Source of the DNA: a virus
Virus record (IMG/VR): IMGVR_UViG_3300050196_000100
Location: 8,392-72,391 of that record
Direction: 5' to 3' (one strand)
DNA length: 64,000 nucleotides
In this document: piece by piece, positions 20,102 through 29,713 of the stretch
Layout: every line of letters starts with the position of its first letter
How positions within the stretch are numbered: the first letter of the stretch is position 1
Made by a program: the position numbers and the translations under genes
The notes under the pieces: model-generated
Database searches by the model: none
The model's input: the letters and a program-made list of their open reading frames with translations, nothing else
What the model was told of the DNA's origin: nothing

Positions 20102-20707
20102 ATGGGTAACTTATATCTAAGCAATGCGGTAACAGCACAAGGTACAGCTAAATTCTTCAAAGTAAATTCTAAGGTTGATGTCTATGAAGGCAAAGAGACT
20201 GGTTATGTAGCTAATGTATACTTCAGTGAAGCAGTGACTAAAACCATGGTGGCAGACATTAGTAAAGCCATTGCGGATGCTAAGGAATCTAAAGAATTCA
20301 CTAATGCAAAGACAGGTAAACCTGTGAACTGGAGAACAAACCCAAGAGTACCTTATAAAACTGATGATGACGGCAAGGTGTTCTTTGTATTCAAAAAGTC
20401 TCACTTGGATAAAGATGGTAACCGTCAGTACATCCCAATGTTTGACAGCCAGAATAAACCTATGAAAAATGATGTAACCATTGGCAATGATTCTGTAGTT
20501 CAAATCTCATATACACCCAATGTCTACCATAAGAATGAGGATGTCAATGGAGTTAAGTTCTTCATCAATGCAATTCGTGTGATTAAACTTGAGACGTTTG
20601 AAGGGAATCCTTTTGGTGAAGCTGTTATTGGTGGTTATGTTGCGCAAGAGGATACTCCATTTGGCAATGAGGTAGCTGAAGAGTCCAATGACAACATCTG
20701 CTTCTAA
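20102..20707 (+). CDS. ssb: Single-stranded DNA-binding protein (T7 gp2.5-like)
   Basis: TAQGTAKFFKV, FKKS, FDSQNKP...IGNDSVVQI, VKFFINAIRVIKL; acidic tail ending in Phe. Confidence 0.75.
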   Translation: MGNLYLSNAVTAQGTAKFFKVNSKVDVYEGKETGYVANVYFSEAVTKTMVADISKAIADAKESKEFTNAKTGKPVNWRTNPRVPYKTDDDGKVFFVFKKSHLDKDGNRQYIPMFDSQNKPMKNDVTIGNDSVVQISYTPNVYHKNEDVNGVKFFINAIRVIKLETFEGNPFGEAVIGGYVAQEDTPFGNEVAEESNDNICF

Positions 20708-20716
20708 GGGATAACT

Positions 20717-22246
20717 ATGACCAACATGGACACAACCTGTGTCACAACAATGGGTACTGAGGAGTCATCGAACTCCCTTGCCCACCAAGGAGGAAACAAT
20801 GGAGACAATGTATCTAAGTATCACTTTAGAATTACTATGTATGGCGGTGGTGACCAATATAGCAAGCCGTGGTATTTTATGAAACCATCATGGCTGAACG
20901 TTGGAGGTCACAGAGTAAACCTCCCTGACACCATGGACTTCATCGATATGCCATATTTAACACCGTTTGGAACTGTGGCTATACATTTGCATTACCGGGG
21001 AGAACAAAGGGCGCCACGGGCGTGTCAGGAGGTGTACGATGGAAACATGCGCTAACTGTGACAATTACAAAGAATGCCATGATGGTGAGGATTATTCTAC
21101 GGACTGCGATGGTGGATGGGTGCTGCGTAAGGATATTGAGGAATTGCAAGGCAAGCTAAAGAAAGCTTTGGACGCATTGAGACACATGAGACATAGTGAT
21201 CTTGCTCATGCTGTTCTTTGGGACAACTATGATACTCATAGAAAATGGTATTCAGTGCATATGCAGGACTACATCGATGGAATATTGGAGGAATTACGAT
21301 GATACTTATGTTAGACAATGGAACTGTGGTTGTACAATGTGGTCATGGAACAGTCGGAGTCGGTGCAGGGACACTAAAGAGCGGCGAGGTTGCCATTGGC
21401 GCAAGAGAGTTAGAACATAGATGTAACGTGGGTGACAGCGTTCCCAATGGTGATGACCAAGTGATCGTTATGTTTGCCAATGTTGAGTCTGTGGATGTCT
21501 GGATTAGGGCATTGGAAGCTGCGAAGGAGTTGTTGGTGCGTGGATAATTCTAAGGAAGTTCAATATGTAACTGAGAGATTCCTATACTACCTAAAGAACA
21601 TTGGGTCGATCATGAGTGAACTATGTCAACAGAAGTATGCCATTGAGCAGGAGCTTAGTGATCTGAGCCACGAGTTGGAGTTGTCCCAGTTGAATGCCTC
21701 AGAAATGGCTAAGATTGCCAGTGAGCAACGTAGACTACTTCGTGAGCGTCGTGTCTGCAAAGATGAACTATTGTTACTACAGTCATTCAAAGATTTCCAG
21801 AGTTCCCATGATACATTAAAGTATGACTTAGTTAAAACAGTGAGAGAAAACAATGAGGTCGTAGGGATGCTAAGGACTCGGCGGTACAAGGCTAAGGTTC
21901 GTGGGAATCTGCGGTGTTGTTGCGTGGGATAGCTATGGGTTTGATGGACACAAAGTGTGTCGAGGAGGTAACAATGGAAATTCGTATGGAAATTTATGAT
22001 GGTGACCTAGTATACATCATAAATAAACGCCAGATCAAAACAGAGTATGACAAAGAAGTCCTTAGTAAAGCCATAAATGCCATGTGTCACTTGCATTGTT
22101 TTGACTATCGCATGACCACAGAGGAGATTACAGAAGTCATAGCGGATAACAAAGGGCTATATGTGGCTTTCGTATCAATCTCAGGGATACTATATACATG
22201 TGATTATTCAAAGAAGCCAATGAAGCTCAAAGATATAGCTTGGTAA
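20717..22246 (+). CDS. Cluster of small hypothetical ORFs
   Basis: Tightly packed co-directional ORFs (e.g. 20967-21302, 21245-21547, 21474-21932, 21974-22246); exact starts uncertain. Confidence 0.45.
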
Positions 22247-22257
22247 GGAGGCAATCA

Positions 22258-22740
22258 ATGGATACATCAATAAGGCTCGTGGACTGCAATGGTGAAGTCG
22301 TAGATACCATAGATGGCAAAGACCGCATAGTTCGCGCAGCATCCGTAGAATTCCTGTGTGACACTATAGCTTGGGGCGAGGATCGTCCGTTTATCAAAGT
22401 ATTCATAGACTTCTTCCCAAAGGTAGCTGAGGAATTATCTGGTGGAGCTGTGGGTCTTATGTCAGTCATAGTACCATACATCGCATATCAGAGTAATCTC
22501 CTATGTAACCGTAGCTGCAATAATCCATTGAACAATAAGGATATTGAGGACATCACAGGAATCTCAAAGCCCAGTGTGATTAAGTACATGAATGAGCTTG
22601 TGGATGCTAAGGTATTATTTAGAGGTAACACTGGGAAATCATACCAATACTATGCAAATCCTTACATTTACTGTAGAGGTAAAAGAATCAACAAGACACT
22701 CGAAGCTATGTTTAGGAATTACCCAGAGAGGTTCAGGTAA
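22258..22740 (+). CDS. RepL-like winged-HTH replication/DNA-binding protein
   Basis: FIKVF, DITGISKPSVIKYMNELV HTH, YYANPYIYCRG; paralogous to 54800-55678. Confidence 0.55.
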   Translation: MDTSIRLVDCNGEVVDTIDGKDRIVRAASVEFLCDTIAWGEDRPFIKVFIDFFPKVAEELSGGAVGLMSVIVPYIAYQSNLLCNRSCNNPLNNKDIEDITGISKPSVIKYMNELVDAKVLFRGNTGKSYQYYANPYIYCRGKRINKTLEAMFRNYPERFR

Positions 22741-22784
22741 ACATTCTTTACCTCAAAGGGCATCTCAGGTAAAAATTCTTTACC
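22733..22784. repeat. Two 20-bp iteron-like direct repeats TCAGGTAAA(C/A)ATTCTTTACC
   Basis: 22733-22752 and 22765-22784, 32 bp apart, each containing the dyad GGTAAA-N5-TTTACC. Confidence 0.7.
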
Positions 22785-23179
22785 ATAGACAAATGCCTGT
22801 GAAGCCTTATGACACAAGGGTTTGAGCCATGTTTTATGCCTTTGTCTCCCTCTATTCTTAATATAACCAAAGTATCACATAGATCAAGGCTTAACTAAGG
22901 AAAGTTACGGAGAACGAGGAACGTGCTGCTAAAGCAGAGTGCTATCGCACTGGTTACGCTACATACAAGTCATTGAATAGTATGTACGGCACATCCTTGG
23001 CAAACCTAGCAGCCACAGGCGAACGTAGTGAGTCCTGTATGGAGCCACAGCGACATAACCCACCTAAGCACTACATTGAACACCTGTGAATACCACTACG
23101 TGCCTAACACAGACCACCAATGACCATCTTAGGTATAACTATGCCCAACATAGACACAAGTTGTGTCGAAGGAGGAACC

Positions 23180-24308
23180 ATGACAACCAACGAATCCATG
23201 AAATCCCTAATGTCCATGTTCGCCAAGTCACCCTACGGCAAAGTCAAAAGATGCCGATGGAGACTATGGTACAAGGCATTACAGAGGTACCCAGGATGGG
23301 AACGGAGGAATAACCAATGACACTAAAGTACACACCTCAGCAATTCCATGAACTACCCCTGACCAAACGAGTCCACTGGATATCAATGGCATATATGCAA
23401 CAATGTACACTCGAAGGCTTTTCAAAGAAGTCAATGTTTCAACTCAAAGGATACTTTAGGAAGCTGGACTCATCAAAGCTCCAAGTGATTTACGATTACA
23501 TCTACGACCTGCCAGAGGTGACAGTGGTTAGTCTCTATGACATCCACGCAGCCAGTGAAAAGTATCAAGGACAACTCAGACTAAACAGTGGAAATAACGA
23601 AGGTGAAACAGTGAAAGCGTATGATAGTCTACTGGATTTACTAGGTAAAATATAGGAGGTACTATGACAATACTACAGAGAATCAAAGGCATACAATGTT
23701 ACTTCAACGGACACAGGTTTCACTCCGTAGGTTTCTATGGCAGTAACCATTGTTCACGATGTGGTCGGTGGATTAAACTATGATACAATGGCAAACACAG
23801 AAGCTTACGGCATACGTTGACAACTTCTTGTTCACCATTGAATACTGGCAAGGGAAATACATCGGTGCCATTGACATCTGGGACGATAAGAAGGGATATC
23901 AACGATATGGTATATTTCAAGGAAGGACTTTGGAAGAAGCTAAGTATCATGCGGAGGAGTTGAGGGTGAAGCTATGAAACACCGCTGCAAAGGTCAACCT
24001 AAGTCAGTCCAAGTGGAATACGACGAACACTGGCTATGGTGTCTTACGAGTCCTACGTGCATTGTGGAGATACAGTGGTGTCCATTCTGCGGAGTGAAGT
24101 TGCTAGTGGCGCCAAAGGAGCTATGATGAAAAACATAGGTGACAAAGTGTACATTCGTGGAACTCGTGCCGAATTCAAGGTAGCAACCATAGTGTCAGCG
24201 AGGAGACATTGGTTTGACAATGATGAATACTTGGTGTTAGTGAATGGCATGGTTGAACTAAGATACAGTGATCAAATATGGGATTATACGGAGGTAACAT
24301 ATGAATAA
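23180..24308 (+). CDS. Cluster of small hypothetical ORFs
   Basis: 23180-23320, 23317-23655, 23780-23977 and others, with GGAGG RBSs. Confidence 0.45.
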
Positions 24309-24993
24309 CTTAGTCCTAGTCCAAGATGGCAAGGTGGTCGTAAGTAGTCGCCAAGTGGCAGAGGTGTTCGAGAAGGAGCATGGTAAAGTCCTCCGCTCCA
24401 TCGAAGCTATAATCTCTGAAACGCCAATTATGGATTCTCAGGAAATGTACTACGAATCCACTTATAAAACAGAGGGCAACAATAAATCATACCCAGAGTA
24501 TATTATGAACAAACTTGGATTCTCAGTTCTTACAATGGGGTTCACAGGCTCCAAGGCATTACAGTGGAAGATTGAGTACGCCAAAGCATTCGAAGCTATG
24601 GAGGATAAACTAAGGAATAGCTTTGCCATTCCTCAAACATATGCACAGGCATTACTCCTAGCATCACAGCAAGCCCAAGTCATCGAAGAACAAACCAAGG
24701 AGCTTGCGACTGCAGCACCCAAAGCTGAATACTTTGATGCATTGGTCAACCACGGCTTATCCCTATCCTTCCGAGACACAGCCAAGGAGTTAAACATAGG
24801 TGAACGTAAATTCATTGAGTACCTAAGTGCCCATAAGTTCATCTACAAAGCTGGAAAGAAGTGGATGCCCTATGCGAAGTACATTGGAAGGTACTTTGAA
24901 GTCAAGGAATATAACACAGTGAGTCACACGGGCAATCAATGTCTAGTCACAGTTAACGGCAGGGAGAAACTTAGAAAGGCGGTGAGACAATGA
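24301..24993 (+). CDS. Rha/KilA-C antirepressor-like protein
   Basis: VSSRQVAEVFEKEHGKVLRSI, GFSVLTMGFTG.KA..WK..Y..AFEAME, IPQTYAQAL, APKAEYFD. Confidence 0.85.
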   Translation: MNNLVLVQDGKVVVSSRQVAEVFEKEHGKVLRSIEAIISETPIMDSQEMYYESTYKTEGNNKSYPEYIMNKLGFSVLTMGFTGSKALQWKIEYAKAFEAMEDKLRNSFAIPQTYAQALLLASQQAQVIEEQTKELATAAPKAEYFDALVNHGLSLSFRDTAKELNIGERKFIEYLSAHKFIYKAGKKWMPYAKYIGRYFEVKEYNTVSHTGNQCLVTVNGREKLRKAVRQ

Positions 24994-25862
24994 TTATTCC
25001 TATGAATGCGAAACCAGCAGGGAGTAAGCTAGAGAAGCTTATGGATGATCCAAAGTATATTGCTGAGGTGAAACTTGACGGCTACAGAGCCATCTTTGAA
25101 GACGGTGAATTCTATAGCCGCCTTGGGAATCAATTGGGAGACAAGGTTCCTCACTTGGTTTCACTGTTGTCAAAGTATAACATTATACTCGATGGTGAGC
25201 TGTGTCTACCATCGGCAACATCGAACAGCAGTGATGTGACACGGATACTTGGTTCACTTCCAGAGAAGGCTGTGGCGAGACAGGAAGAACTAGGGAAACT
25301 GCGGTACGTAATCTTCGATGTGTTGGAACTTGGGTATGCAGTGATGACAGGGTTAACTTGGGCACAGCGTAGAGAAACATTGAGACGATGGTTTACCTGC
25401 GTTAGTGACATTGAAGGCATTGAATTGTCAGAGGTATATGAAGACAAGCGTGGACTCTTAGCGTCCGTAGAAGCCAGTGGTGGCGAAGGAATAATGCTGA
25501 AGAATGTGGACTCCTTGTACTATCCAGATAAACGCCCAGAATCAGTGTGGTACAAGGTTAAGAAACATATAATATACGATGTTGTGGTCATGGGATTCAC
25601 TGAAGGCAAAGGTAAATACGAAGGACTCATAGGTGCCATAGAATTTGGGTTGTACAAGGATGGGACATTGACGTACTGTGGACAATGCAGTGGATTCTCA
25701 GACGCACTACGGAATGAACTCACGGATAACATGGAGTCCTATGAGAACACTGTATTCGAGATCAAGGCGATGGAACGAACCAAGGATGGGAACTTCAGAC
25801 ATCCCGTATTCAGCCAGTGGAGGGACGATAAGTTACCTACGCAATGTCTATGGGTGCAATAA
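24990..25862 (+). CDS. lig: ATP-dependent DNA ligase
   Basis: EVKLDGYR (motif I), LDGEL, FDVL, EGIMLK, WYKVK and OB-fold FRHPVF..WRDDK. Confidence 0.9.
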   Translation: MIIPMNAKPAGSKLEKLMDDPKYIAEVKLDGYRAIFEDGEFYSRLGNQLGDKVPHLVSLLSKYNIILDGELCLPSATSNSSDVTRILGSLPEKAVARQEELGKLRYVIFDVLELGYAVMTGLTWAQRRETLRRWFTCVSDIEGIELSEVYEDKRGLLASVEASGGEGIMLKNVDSLYYPDKRPESVWYKVKKHIIYDVVVMGFTEGKGKYEGLIGAIEFGLYKDGTLTYCGQCSGFSDALRNELTDNMESYENTVFEIKAMERTKDGNFRHPVFSQWRDDKLPTQCLWVQ

Positions 25863-26134
25863 TGCATACTTTCGAATATCATAAGAAGGTCAAAGTACGC
25901 AAGGATCATAGGTGTCAAGGTTGCAGAACTGTGATACCCAAAGGATCAACTATGTATTATTCAAAGCATATCAGTGATGGATTTTATGAATTCTACGATT
26001 GCCAGGACTGCAAAGATTACATCGAAGATCATTGTCGCCAGTGTTTCAGTAGAGACATTTGCATCAATGAAGACTATCACCTTGGGTTAATCAAAGAATG
26101 CCGTAGTGAACAAAGGAGTGATTACCATTGTTAA
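25862..26134 (+). CDS. Cys-rich Zn-finger hypothetical protein
   Basis: HRCQGC, CQDC and CRQC motifs. Confidence 0.55.
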   Translation: MHTFEYHKKVKVRKDHRCQGCRTVIPKGSTMYYSKHISDGFYEFYDCQDCKDYIEDHCRQCFSRDICINEDYHLGLIKECRSEQRSDYHC

Positions 26135-26234
26135 CCCTGGCACCAATATGGTTAATAATGGTAACTGTGATACTAATGTTCTTCTACGGAGCAAACAGAA
26201 GAAACTAAGGAGGCGATGAAATCTGATAAAGACA

Positions 26235-26642
26235 TTGACGATGCTTGGGATGGCATTGGTGCTGTGGATGGCATTGCCAATGGTTGCATGGGGGCAAGGG
26301 ATAACTTTAGATGACAGTGAGTTCCAGAGGGACATGGAGGTGCTGAGGAGTAAACCAAGGTGGACTGAGGTATGGGTAGACGCGTCGGCATACACAGCCT
26401 CCTCGGATGAATGCGGGAAAGGCGATGGTATTACTGCGAGTGGAGTGGTGGCAGTCGAAGGAGTAACCATAGCATGTGATGATTTACCCTTTGGGACGGT
26501 GGTAGAGCTCGATGGTCATACCTATATAGTCCAAGATAGGTATGGTGGTGGCTATGTGAATCGCATAGATGTATTTATGGATTCTAAGATTTCTGCGGAT
26601 GAATTTGGGAGGGAAAAATTACTGATGAAAATCAAGGAGTGA
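26235..26642 (+). CDS. Secreted 3D-domain protein (lytic transglycosylase-like)
   Basis: Signal peptide, SAYT, GITASG, IACDDLPFGT, VQDR.GG...RIDVFM. The SD-linked ATG (26216) is one base out of frame, so there may be a 5' frameshift. Confidence 0.75.
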   Translation: MTMLGMALVLWMALPMVAWGQGITLDDSEFQRDMEVLRSKPRWTEVWVDASAYTASSDECGKGDGITASGVVAVEGVTIACDDLPFGTVVELDGHTYIVQDRYGGGYVNRIDVFMDSKISADEFGREKLLMKIKE

Positions 26643-27262
26643 TTATTGTGACCATGCCGATTGATCTATTGGGTAAAGTATTCTCTAGGCTATCTGTGAC
26701 AAGGAGATCAGAAAACACAAAAGGAGGTAAAGCAAAATGGGAGTGTATTTGCGAATGCGGCAACACTAAAGTAGTGTCTGGAGAAAACCTAAGAAACGGC
26801 AGAACAAAGTCATGTGGGTGCTATGGTGCGGAGGTTACATCTAAGCAATTTAAAACACATGGATATACCAAAACTCCAACATATGGAACATGGCAAGCAA
26901 TGAGAAAGCGATGTACTAATCCAAGGGATACTTATTTCAATTACTACGGTGGACGAGGAATCACTGTCTGTGATTCATGGAATACTTTTGCTAATTTCTT
27001 AGAAGATATGGGAGAAAGACCTAAAGGCATGACCATAGACCGTATTAATACTAATGGAAATTACTGCAAAGATAACTGCAAATGGTCAACCTCAGAAGAA
27101 CAAGCCAATAACAAAAGTAATAATCATAATATAACAATAGACAATCAAACAAAGACGCTCACTGAATGGTCAAGAATATATAATATAGACCCAAAGATTA
27201 CATGGAAGCGCATGAACAGGGGATGGAGTAATGATAAACTATTTATACCTATAGCTCAATAG
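26639..27262 (+). CDS. HNH homing endonuclease
   Basis: DLLGKVFSRL, WECICECG, TIDRINTNGNYCKDNCKWST. Confidence 0.85.
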   Translation: MIIVTMPIDLLGKVFSRLSVTRRSENTKGGKAKWECICECGNTKVVSGENLRNGRTKSCGCYGAEVTSKQFKTHGYTKTPTYGTWQAMRKRCTNPRDTYFNYYGGRGITVCDSWNTFANFLEDMGERPKGMTIDRINTNGNYCKDNCKWSTSEEQANNKSNNHNITIDNQTKTLTEWSRIYNIDPKITWKRMNRGWSNDKLFIPIAQ

Positions 27263-27423
27263 TCAACGGAATACCACTGGGAACGAAGGTTACCATAGAT
27301 GGCAAGGAATACACTGTAGAAGACCGCATGATGTGCGATGGGTACGTTGATATTTACATGGACAGCATTGAGGACTGCGTGAACTGGGGTGTCCAGAGGA
27401 AAACAATGAGAGTGGAGGAATAA
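27262..27423 (+). pseudogene. Orphaned 3' half of a 3D-domain gene
   Basis: Translates VNGIPLGTKVTIDGKEYTVEDRMMCDGYVDIYMDSIEDCVNWGVQRKTMRVEE*; no start codon; parallels the C-terminal half of 26235-26642. Confidence 0.75.
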
Positions 27424-27424
27424 C

Positions 27425-27652
27425 ATGGGAATAACAAAGGGTCAAAAGTTATACTATGTTGGCATTGGGTATGGCATAGAAACATTTTGCTATGAGATCA
27501 TTGAAATCAATGGTGCCCGAATAATCCATACGAATGACGGTGTTAAACGCAATGAATCCGATGTAATCAATGGAGCTTGCGACCTCTATGTTAGTAAGGA
27601 ATTAGCTAATACTAGACTATCGAATAGCTGGATGGCTAGAATGATACCTTAG
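27425..27652 (+). CDS. Hypothetical protein
   Basis: RBS GGAGG; ends just before the degenerate motif copy at 27673. Confidence 0.5.
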   Translation: MGITKGQKLYYVGIGYGIETFCYEIIEINGARIIHTNDGVKRNESDVINGACDLYVSKELANTRLSNSWMARMIP

Positions 27653-27817
27653 AAATAATTATGATTAGCATGGACACGCTTTGTGTTCACCGCCATACGT
27701 AGTCCATACGACGATTAACCTTGCATGCCCTATGGAATGTATGCATGGGAGGACAAAAGGTCACCACGGGCATCCTAGGGAGTCTGGTGGGAATGTGGAG
27801 AATATAGGAGGAATTAC

Positions 27818-29074
27818 ATGGATAAACTAAGAGTCATAGAATTATTCGCAGGCATCGGAGCATGGTCAAAAGCCCTTGAGAATCTAGGAATCAACCATGA
27901 AGTCGTAACAGCCGTAGAATTCAATAAGTACGCAATGCAAGCATACAATGTGGTGCATGGGAGTTCCTTTGTCACTCAAGACATTACCAAGGTAGATGTC
28001 GATGAACTTCCTGAGTGTGACATGGTTTGTTACAGCCCTCCCTGTCAGTCATTCAGCCAGGCTGGGAAAGGTCTAGGTATCGAGGATGCTAGGGGAACAT
28101 TGTTTTACGATGCGCTACGGATTATTGATGCTAAGAAGCCTAAGTATGCACTTATGGAAAATGTCAAAGGGCTAACCCAGAAGAATCACCGTGACACCTT
28201 TGAAAACATGCTGAAGTGCTTGGAAGATATTGGGTACACGAATCACTGGAAGTTATTGAATTCAAAGGATCATGGTGTGGCACAGAATAGAGTTAGGGTA
28301 TTCATAGTCAGCATTAGAAATGACCTAGTTGCCACGACTCCCTTCGCCTTCCCAGAACCCTATGACAACGGTGTTCGCCTTCGCCATATCTTAGAGCCAG
28401 TGGTGGACGAGAAGTATTACATAGATGATGCTAAGTGTGCGAAGCTGATCGAGGAGTTGCAGTTAGTCGATGGAAGATATGGAGTCCAAATAAATCGTGG
28501 AAAAGCTAAGATTAAACATGATGACATCGCAAGTTGCCTCGATGCTAATTATTGGAAAGGCTTAGATAACCACGCTAGTCGCATAGGTGTCTTAGAAAAC
28601 ATTGCCATCCCCTGCCTAACCCCAGACCGCCTAGTGAAACGTCAGAATGGTCGTAGATTCAAAGAAGACGGTGATCCTGCGTTTACAGTGACGAGCATGG
28701 ATAGGCATGGTGTTCTGGTGAATAACATTGACTGCCTAGGGCTCCTTGACATCAAAGGCAACCAGCAGATACGCAGAGTCTATGGGATTGGCGGTATATC
28801 GCCAACATTGAATACTATGGCTGGTGGCAATAGACAACCGAAGGTGCTAGTGGAAGAACCAAGATGGAGAATTCGCAAGCTAACAGTACTTGAGTGTTTT
28901 CGTTTGCAGGCGTTCTCCGATGATGACCACACAGCCCTCATCTCCGCAGGAATATCCAATAGTCAACTCTACCGCATCATGGGAAACTCAATAACGGTCA
29001 GTGTGGTTGAGGGCATATTCAAGGGATTACTATGTCCAACTTGGACACAAGCTGTGTCAACGGAGGTGATTTAG
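27818..29074 (+). CDS. Solitary DNA cytosine-5 methyltransferase
   Basis: Motif I ELFAGIG, catalytic PPCQSFS, ENVKG, Q.RVRVF, C-terminal MGNSI; no cognate restriction enzyme seen nearby. Confidence 0.92.
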   Translation: MDKLRVIELFAGIGAWSKALENLGINHEVVTAVEFNKYAMQAYNVVHGSSFVTQDITKVDVDELPECDMVCYSPPCQSFSQAGKGLGIEDARGTLFYDALRIIDAKKPKYALMENVKGLTQKNHRDTFENMLKCLEDIGYTNHWKLLNSKDHGVAQNRVRVFIVSIRNDLVATTPFAFPEPYDNGVRLRHILEPVVDEKYYIDDAKCAKLIEELQLVDGRYGVQINRGKAKIKHDDIASCLDANYWKGLDNHASRIGVLENIAIPCLTPDRLVKRQNGRRFKEDGDPAFTVTSMDRHGVLVNNIDCLGLLDIKGNQQIRRVYGIGGISPTLNTMAGGNRQPKVLVEEPRWRIRKLTVLECFRLQAFSDDDHTALISAGISNSQLYRIMGNSITVSVVEGIFKGLLCPTWTQAVSTEVI

Positions 29075-29713
29075 GTGGCTAAGGGAGATGTTTGTGAGGT
29101 CTGCGGAGTTGCCAGTGGTGTCCATCAAAGTATAAAGTATCAAAGAACACTCTGTGGTAAGCACATTGCACAACTGAATCAATACGGTAAAATCTTTAAA
29201 AGAACGCAGTTTGACAAGAATAAAATAGTAGTCAACGGAGATACTGCAGAAATCACAGTATACAACAGAAGCGATGATAGTACCAAAACATCAAAGTTTA
29301 ACTCAGTACACGTAGATTTAGTCAAGGATCATAAATGGAGACTTGGGAATCATGGATATCTAATGACTACCGTAGATAATAAAGCATTGTTATTTCATAG
29401 ACTCATCACTGGAGCTAAGAAAGGTGAAGTAGTTGACCATCGTGACCATTGTACCCTAAATAATACCGATGATAACCTAAGAGTGTGCAATAGGCAGGAT
29501 AATGGAAGAAACGCAGGTATCCGTAAGAACAATACATCGGGAGTCACAGGAGTAACATGGAATAGCAACGCTGGCAAATGGATGGCTCAGATGACTATAG
29601 ACTACAAGAATATTAGCCTTGGGTTATTCGATGATATTAATGATGCCATCTCAGTTCGCAAGGCTGCTGAGATTAAATACTTTGGAGAATTCAGGTACAA
29701 GGAGGTGATTTAG
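29075..29713 (+). CDS. HNH-AP2 homing endonuclease
   Basis: FHRLI...VVDHRDHCTLNN...NLR, NNTSGVTGV, LGLFDD..DA..VRK.AE.KYFGEF. Confidence 0.85.
   Translation: MAKGDVCEVCGVASGVHQSIKYQRTLCGKHIAQLNQYGKIFKRTQFDKNKIVVNGDTAEITVYNRSDDSTKTSKFNSVHVDLVKDHKWRLGNHGYLMTTVDNKALLFHRLITGAKKGEVVDHRDHCTLNNTDDNLRVCNRQDNGRNAGIRKNNTSGVTGVTWNSNAGKWMAQMTIDYKNISLGLFDDINDAISVRKAAEIKYFGEFRYKEVI

Noticed and set aside
27818-29074. Restriction-modification system
   Set aside because: Only the methyltransferase is present; the adjacent nuclease is an HNH-AP2 homing type with an insertion-site duplication.
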